This document shows, one piece after another, positions 35,343 to 39,931 of a DNA stretch of 39,931 bases (the first letter of the stretch is position 1; the number at the start of each line of letters is the position of its first letter). Source of the DNA: a virus (taxonomy: Duplodnaviria > Caudoviricetes); IMG/VR virus record IMGVR_UViG_3300034072_000656, positions 1-39,931 of that record. The stretch is one strand, 5' to 3'. The notes beneath the pieces are model-generated. The model was not told where the DNA came from. It worked only from the letters and a program-made list of their open reading frames with translations, and searched no databases. The position numbers and the translations under genes are program-made.

Positions 35343-35851
35343 TAAGCGGCCCTCGCATATTCACCATGATATTGATTTGCAGCTTGGCAATACGCATTAT
35401 ATGCTGCATCTATGGTTTCAAACAAACCAAGATGCACTGATCTTCCATTAATACGAATTCCCGCTTGCCACTTCCTGCTTTTTCTATTCCAGCAAACGCC
35501 TTTGAAACCAGATGTATTGGCCCTTGTTTTGCGTCTATTAAAGCAATTTTGCTGCGGTGTTGCGATTCGCAGATTTTCACGTCTATTGTTGAGGCCGTTC
35601 AGGTCAACATGATCTACCTGAACGTCATTTGTGGCACCAATAATTTGCCGGTGCATTGAAATCTTGCTGCCCCTGCCTTTTACACCGGAAACGCGGCGCA
35701 CAGCATAGACAGTATAGCTTTGCACGACTGCAAACCAATTAAACCCGGCGACCTTATGCAAGTCAGACGCATCGATCTGCGCTACAAAGCCCCGAGTCAG
35801 TGGAACCATCGCAACATCTCCGGAAATTGTAATTTCGCGCTTTTGCGGCAT
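35342..35851 (-). CDS. HNH-AP2 homing endonuclease
   Basis: MHRQI, VDHVDLNGLNNRRENLR, NTSGFKGV, KWQAGI, HLGLF; low GC. Confidence 0.9.
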   Translation of the reverse strand: MPQKREITISGDVAMVPLTRGFVAQIDASDLHKVAGFNWFAVVQSYTVYAVRRVSGVKGRGSKISMHRQIIGATNDVQVDHVDLNGLNNRRENLRIATPQQNCFNRRKTRANTSGFKGVCWNRKSRKWQAGIRINGRSVHLGLFETIDAAYNAYCQAANQYHGEYARAA

Positions 35852-35881
35852 AGTGACTCCTTTCTCAGAATCACTATACCA
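35850..35881 (-). promoter_or_regulatory. RBS-sequestering hairpin with embedded extended -10 promoter
   Basis: ATAGTGATTC/GAGTCACTAT stem over the SD and start codon; TGG-TATAGT overlaps the 5' arm. Confidence 0.65.
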
Positions 35882-35899
35882 CGTTACGCTCCAAAAGTC

Positions 35900-36355
35900 C
35901 TATGAGATTCTGTACCAGCTATTCGTCGCCTGCACAAACCGCATGCGGAAGAAATCATCCGCAGCCAGTGTCAGCGGGTCGCCGTACAGCGCCAGAGCAC
36001 CGTTTTGCCCCAGCGCAAACGACGTGATCTGCTGCGATGTCGTGACGAGCACCTCGGTGCCGTCAGGCGTGATCGTGTTCAGTGGCAGAACCACTGTCCC
36101 GCTTGCCAGCGTACCGGCAGGCTGAAGCAGCATCCATTGCTGCTGTGCAACCGGCGTGGGAACCGGGATCGAAAACCCTGTGGTGGGCACATAGATATTC
36201 GTCGCCAGGGTCGGGGCTGCAAAGGTCTGCTGGAAGTAGGCCAGCAAGGCAGAGACTGGTAGGCGTCGTGCATCACCGTTGTTGGGCGAGTAAACGGCGA
36301 ACTGGTCGCCGCCTGATACCTGCGTCTGCAGCGGAAGTTGGTAGATCAGCGGCAT
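35900..36355 (-). CDS. Virion-associated hypothetical protein
   Basis: 151-aa ORF in the head-tail operon, RBS GAGG. Confidence 0.7.
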   Translation of the reverse strand: MPLIYQLPLQTQVSGGDQFAVYSPNNGDARRLPVSALLAYFQQTFAAPTLATNIYVPTTGFSIPVPTPVAQQQWMLLQPAGTLASGTVVLPLNTITPDGTEVLVTTSQQITSFALGQNGALALYGDPLTLAADDFFRMRFVQATNSWYRIS

Positions 36356-36364
36356 GATGCGGCC

Positions 36365-36847
36365 TCAGTAGAGTTCGATCAGACCATCCGGGCCTGCTTC
36401 AACAGGATCCACTGGCGGCCGAATAAATGGATTGTCGTACACGCGCCAGGGCTTGTTTCCAGCGCCCGCAGGCATCGTGGTCGGCAGTTGCGCAGGAATC
36501 GGCGCAGTGGCCCGCGACAGCAGCGTGTTGTACGCCTGCTTGGCCACCATCATCGTCTGCGGCATGATGGCTTTGCCATACCCGGCAGCCAGCCGGATGC
36601 CCAGGTTTGTGATGATCGCCTCGTTGGCGCTGTCAGGCACCTCGGACTGCGCCGTGATGTCGCTGAACTGCGGGCTTGACGGCAGCGGATAGCCCAGACG
36701 AATGCCCTTGGCGTTCCACTCGGCCATCATCGCATCCAGACGGCGCAGCGCCTGCTCCAGATCCTGCGGTTGCAGATCGAAGACGTAACCCGCCATGCCG
36801 ATCTCGGCAAACGCGGCTTCCACGTACTGGCGCTTGCTGTATCCCAC
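36365..36847 (-). CDS. P22 gp4-like head-tail adaptor
   Basis: GTG 36847 with GGAGG; ALRRLDAMMAEW, GY, MPAGAGN. Confidence 0.85.
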   Translation of the reverse strand: MGYSKRQYVEAAFAEIGMAGYVFDLQPQDLEQALRRLDAMMAEWNAKGIRLGYPLPSSPQFSDITAQSEVPDSANEAIITNLGIRLAAGYGKAIMPQTMMVAKQAYNTLLSRATAPIPAQLPTTMPAGAGNKPWRVYDNPFIRPPVDPVEAGPDGLIELY

Positions 36848-36848
36848 T

Positions 36849-37184
36849 TCAGACCTCCCCAATGGCCTGCGTAATGCGGCGCAGCAGCGTTCTGTTGCTG
36901 GTGCGGCCGTCGAACTTCAGGCCGAGTTCCGTTGCCTTGGCCTCCAGCTCGGCCCGAGTCGGTGGAGCGTTGTCCTCGGGTACGGCGGTCACCAGAACAG
37001 GCGCAGGGACTGGTGCAGGCGCCGGCGCATTGGCCCGCTCAATGGCCTGATCGGCAGACGTGGACCAGCCCTGCGCCAGATAGGCGTCGTGCTCTTCCAA
37101 CGAGCGAACCGACAGGTAACGGTACGTGTTCTTGCCGCGACGGAAATTCCCCGGCGACAGGTACACGAAGCGCGGGAATTCCAT
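36849..37184 (-). CDS. Hypothetical protein with HeH/LEM-like C-terminus
   Basis: GWSTS; TRAELEAKATELGLKFDGRTS. Confidence 0.7.
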   Translation of the reverse strand: MEFPRFVYLSPGNFRRGKNTYRYLSVRSLEEHDAYLAQGWSTSADQAIERANAPAPAPVPAPVLVTAVPEDNAPPTRAELEAKATELGLKFDGRTSNRTLLRRITQAIGEV

Positions 37185-37342
37185 CACTTACCCTTTTTTG
37201 CGGTCTTGGCAGACTCGCGGAACGCCTTTGCCGTGGGCGCACCCTTGGCGCCGGGCTTGCGCATGCGCTCACCGCTGCCGGCCTTGATCCGCTCGCGTTT
37301 GGCCGCAATATTCGCGTACAGGCCGGGTTTAGAGGCTTTCAC
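37184..37342 (-). CDS. Small basic protein (not in ORF track)
   Basis: MKASKPGLYANIAAKRERIKAGSGERMRKPGAKGAPTAKAFRESAKTAKKGK. Confidence 0.75.
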   Translation of the reverse strand: MKASKPGLYANIAAKRERIKAGSGERMRKPGAKGAPTAKAFRESAKTAKKGK

Positions 37343-37354
37343 GCTACCTACCCC

Positions 37355-37522
37355 TTACCCACGCTTCATCGGGGCCTTGGAGGGCTTGCCAGCGGCCTTG
37401 GCGGACTTCCTGGCGTTGCTCATCGCCATCGCCACTGCCTGCTTCTGCGGCTTGCCGGCCTTCATCTCCTTGGAGATGTTCTCGCTCATGGTTTTCTTGC
37501 CGTAGCCTTGTTTCATGGGCAT
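37355..37522 (-). CDS. Small Lys-rich protein (not in ORF track)
   Basis: [35 protein letters not shown]..., RBS GGAG. Confidence 0.75.
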   Translation of the reverse strand: MPMKQGYGKKTMSENISKEMKAGKPQKQAVAMAMSNARKSAKAAGKPSKAPMKRG

Positions 37523-37538
37523 GGTGTTCTCCAGATGT

Positions 37539-37573
37539 AAAAAAGCGGGCGGCGGCCTACGCCTACCGCCCGC
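37539..37573 (-). terminator. Rho-independent terminator
   Basis: GCGGGCGG/CCGCCCGC stem followed by T6. Confidence 0.8.
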
Positions 37574-37590
37574 GTTTCAGGTCACGCCGA

Positions 37591-38184
37591 TCAGCCGATG
37601 CGGTAGGTGACGAAGGTCTCGGCCGCAGTCTTGCGGGTGCGGAACAGGCCCACCGTGCCGGTTGCCACGGCGCCGTTGCTGAAGACCGTGTGACCCGAAG
37701 CAGCCGCCGTGACGGTGAACGTGTTTGGGCCGGTGTTCACCACGGACCAGTCGAACGAATCGTTGACGGCCATGTTGGTGATCGCGGTTTCCATCACTGC
37801 ACCCGTGTCCAGCGTAGCGGTGACGCCGGCAGCGGTCGTCGAGGTGACGATGCCTGCCGTGATCATCGCAGCGGTCAGCGTGCCGGTGGCGTTCAGCGAC
37901 TGCGGAGTGGCCTGGTACGGCGTGCCGAACACCAACGGCGCGATGCCGACAGCGTACTGCGCGCCAGCGGGGCCGGCGTTGATGCTCAGCGTCGCGCCAG
38001 AGGCGTAGGGGCCGAACACCTGGTAGCCGGTGCCAGTGCCTTCCAGTTGAAGCTGGGTGGGGTAGTTGGGGAAGCCGACGGACTCGAAGACGGAGCCTTC
38101 GGTCAGGCCGTAGGCGGCCAGGCTTTCGCCTGCGGTCAGTACGACCTCGGCGGTGCCGTTGGGGGCAATCAGAAGATTGGGCAT
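37591..38184 (-). CDS. Probable capsid decoration or minor head protein
   Basis: 197 aa, Thr/Ala/Gly-rich, directly after the coat gene and before a terminator. Confidence 0.6.
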   Translation of the reverse strand: MPNLLIAPNGTAEVVLTAGESLAAYGLTEGSVFESVGFPNYPTQLQLEGTGTGYQVFGPYASGATLSINAGPAGAQYAVGIAPLVFGTPYQATPQSLNATGTLTAAMITAGIVTSTTAAGVTATLDTGAVMETAITNMAVNDSFDWSVVNTGPNTFTVTAAASGHTVFSNGAVATGTVGLFRTRKTAAETFVTYRIG

Positions 38185-38210
38185 GATGCTCTCCAGAATT
38201 GGGTTGACGA

Positions 38211-38231
38211 GAAAGGGGCCGAAGCCCCCTT
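38211..38231 (-). terminator. UUCG hairpin after the coat gene (weak terminator or stabiliser)
   Basis: GGGGC-TTCG-GCCCC-TTT. Confidence 0.55.
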
Positions 38232-38233
38232 CA

Positions 38234-39514
38234 TCACTGATCGAACAGCAGGATGCCGCTCATCTCGGGTTGCTTGTTGACCACACCGAACAGGCAGTCA
38301 AGGCGGTACTTCGTCTTCATGGTGTTGACGTCGTACTGCTTCTGCATCACCAGTTCGATGCCCTGATCGGTGCTGGCGCGCAGCACTTGAGCACCCGCGT
38401 CGGTCGGCACGGCGTAGCGGCCCGGCAGGATCTCCAGCGCGTCCTTCTGCCAGAAGCAGTTGATCGGCGCGGCAGCGGTGTTCAGGCGGTTGATCGCGGC
38501 AGAGGCGCTGGGCGTGACGATGCAGTTCTGATACTGCAGTTCAGCGTCCGTGCCGCCTTGGGCCGAGATAATCGCCGGGGTGATGACCAGCGTGGTGCTG
38601 CTGGGCGTCGACACCACACGGAAGGTCTTCTTGTTGCCCGTGGACTGCTTGGTGATGTGATGGACGGCCTCGATGCCGTCAATCTCGATCGCGTCGCCCG
38701 CCACGAAATCCGTACCCAGCGTGTAGGCCGAGACGGTAATCGTCTGGAAGCGGTTGTCCACGTTGCCGGACTCGCCCGTGCTCGCAACCGTGGTGGCCTT
38801 GGGCACCCAGTAGTTGTTTGCAGCAGCGCGCGTATCCATCGTGCCGTCAGAACCCGTTGCCGCGCGGATGCGGTTGGCGTAGTCGAACTTGTAGGTTTCG
38901 AACCCTGCCACCGTGCCCACGAAGCCGCGACGATAGGCCTCATCGCTGATGCGATTGCCGAACGAGCGGGTCGCCACAGCCAGATTGCCGGCCATGCCGT
39001 TGTAGTCGCGGGACGACAGCGCCAGGTAACGATCGAACGCCTGCACGCCCGTTTCGTTCATCAGCGTATCGCACGCGGCCACATCGTCGTAGGTGCCGGC
39101 GACGGTGCCGATGGGCACCACCAGCGAACCGTAGTTTGCGGCAACGGCCATGATCGCCAGATTGATGTCCGAGGCGAGCTTCTGCTTGGCGGCGTCGCCT
39201 AGGCGGTCTTCTTGCAGCGCGTCACGCAGTTCCAGCGCGTCCATGGTCCACGGCACCGACTTTTTGTAGCCGAGCGTGGCAGGGACGGCCAACTGCGTCA
39301 TGTTCTGGAAGTTCAGCGACTGGTCCATGCCGTCGTACGACTGCGCGATGTACGGCATCGGACGCCAGATGATGTCGTTGGTCCGCGCCATCTCTTGCCC
39401 GCTGGTGCGGTACATTGAGACGTGACGCGAAAGCACGAGCGCGTCGTTGAAACCCGCGAGGAGGTCTGCAAACGCGACGCGCTCTTCCTTGGAAAAGTTG
39501 TTGGTGCCGGCCAT
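38234..39514 (-). CDS. Major capsid protein (P22 coat family)
   Basis: FSKEERVAF, IWRPMPY, AKQKLASDIN, YRLDCLFGV...PEMSG; 426 aa. Confidence 0.92.
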   Translation of the reverse strand: MAGTNNFSKEERVAFADLLAGFNDALVLSRHVSMYRTSGQEMARTNDIIWRPMPYIAQSYDGMDQSLNFQNMTQLAVPATLGYKKSVPWTMDALELRDALQEDRLGDAAKQKLASDINLAIMAVAANYGSLVVPIGTVAGTYDDVAACDTLMNETGVQAFDRYLALSSRDYNGMAGNLAVATRSFGNRISDEAYRRGFVGTVAGFETYKFDYANRIRAATGSDGTMDTRAAANNYWVPKATTVASTGESGNVDNRFQTITVSAYTLGTDFVAGDAIEIDGIEAVHHITKQSTGNKKTFRVVSTPSSTTLVITPAIISAQGGTDAELQYQNCIVTPSASAAINRLNTAAAPINCFWQKDALEILPGRYAVPTDAGAQVLRASTDQGIELVMQKQYDVNTMKTKYRLDCLFGVVNKQPEMSGILLFDQ

Positions 39515-39647
39515 GATTGGCTCCTGTGATCAATGAGTGACTGATGCGGCTAGGGCCGCGCCTGATACTCACCAGTCAGAGCCGGCGGACGCTCGTGCTT
39601 CGCGCGTTACTGCCGATTTCTGGCTGGCGAGACCTGCGCATGGCGCG

Positions 39648-39675
39648 AATATACACCATTGCAGGAATTTGTCTA
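39648..39675 (-). promoter_or_regulatory. Putative coat-gene promoter
   Basis: TAGACA-16-TATATT upstream of a ~125-nt leader. Confidence 0.5.
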
Positions 39676-39931
39676 GCGCCGTGCGGATTCTTTGGCGCGC
39701 TGCTGGCGCCTGTAGGCGCTAACTTTCGTCATATCGCCCGTGCGCTCGGCCTCAGCAAGCAGTCTGTCGAGGTTGGAATCCACGGCTCCGCTGATGGCAG
39801 CAGTGCCGCGCACGCTGGACTCAGGCGGCGGCGGGGTTTTGCGGGGTTGGACTTTCAATTGCGCCTCCAGTTTCGCCACAGCGAATGCAAATTTCACGGG
39901 ATCCGAGATGGCCGCGAGTTCCTTGGCCTTG
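39673..39931 (-). CDS. Scaffolding protein, 3' part
   Basis: In frame with 1-805; ...DPVKFAFAVAKLE...AERTGDMTKVSAYRRQ. Confidence 0.85.
   Translation of the reverse strand, partial: KAKELAAISDPVKFAFAVAKLEAQLKVQPRKTPPPPESSVRGTAAISGAVDSNLDRLLAEAERTGDMTKVSAYRRQQRAKESARR
39717..39931. repeat. Terminal direct repeat, right copy
   Basis: Matches 1-215 with 3 substitutions. Confidence 0.95.

Noticed and set aside
39717-39931. Biological fixed terminal repeat of T7 type
   Set aside because: It falls mid-gene and the copies differ; a circular-assembly overlap is more likely, though this cannot be settled without reads

Overview
The window is an apparently complete, circularly permuted genome of a GC-rich P22-like podovirus, about 39,716 bp (bases 1-215 recur at 39717-39931). 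Gene families suggest a proteobacterial, probably betaproteobacterial, host; this is inference only. The minus strand carries TerS, TerL, an LPD23/zincin protein, portal, scaffold, P22-type coat, gp4/gp10-like tail hub proteins, two paralogous tailspikes, three ejection proteins and an M15-peptidase/holin lysis cassette. A plus-strand early region of small ORFs follows an iteron/IHF/AT-rich origin. A divergent switch at 16.6-16.8 kb drives a primase-helicase/VRR-NUC arm and a YqaJ/RecT arm. I recognised no integrase and no CI repressor. The most striking signals are non-coding. (1) A promoter- and terminator-bounded ~79-nt three-hairpin sRNA (12409-12487) has an exposed seed complementary to an extended RBS motif (GGAG-N-AGACAG) shared by the primase, both switch-proximal genes and early genes. 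(2) Three early promoters share a Pho-box-like 11-bp direct repeat 10 bp upstream of GACACT. (3) An apparently catalytically dead HNH-HTH protein sits in the Cro position. (4) A predicted pseudoknot sequesters the scaffold RBS. (5) A hairpin/promoter switch covers the RBS of an HNH-AP2 endonuclease. All protein family calls come from motif recognition by eye, not from database searches.
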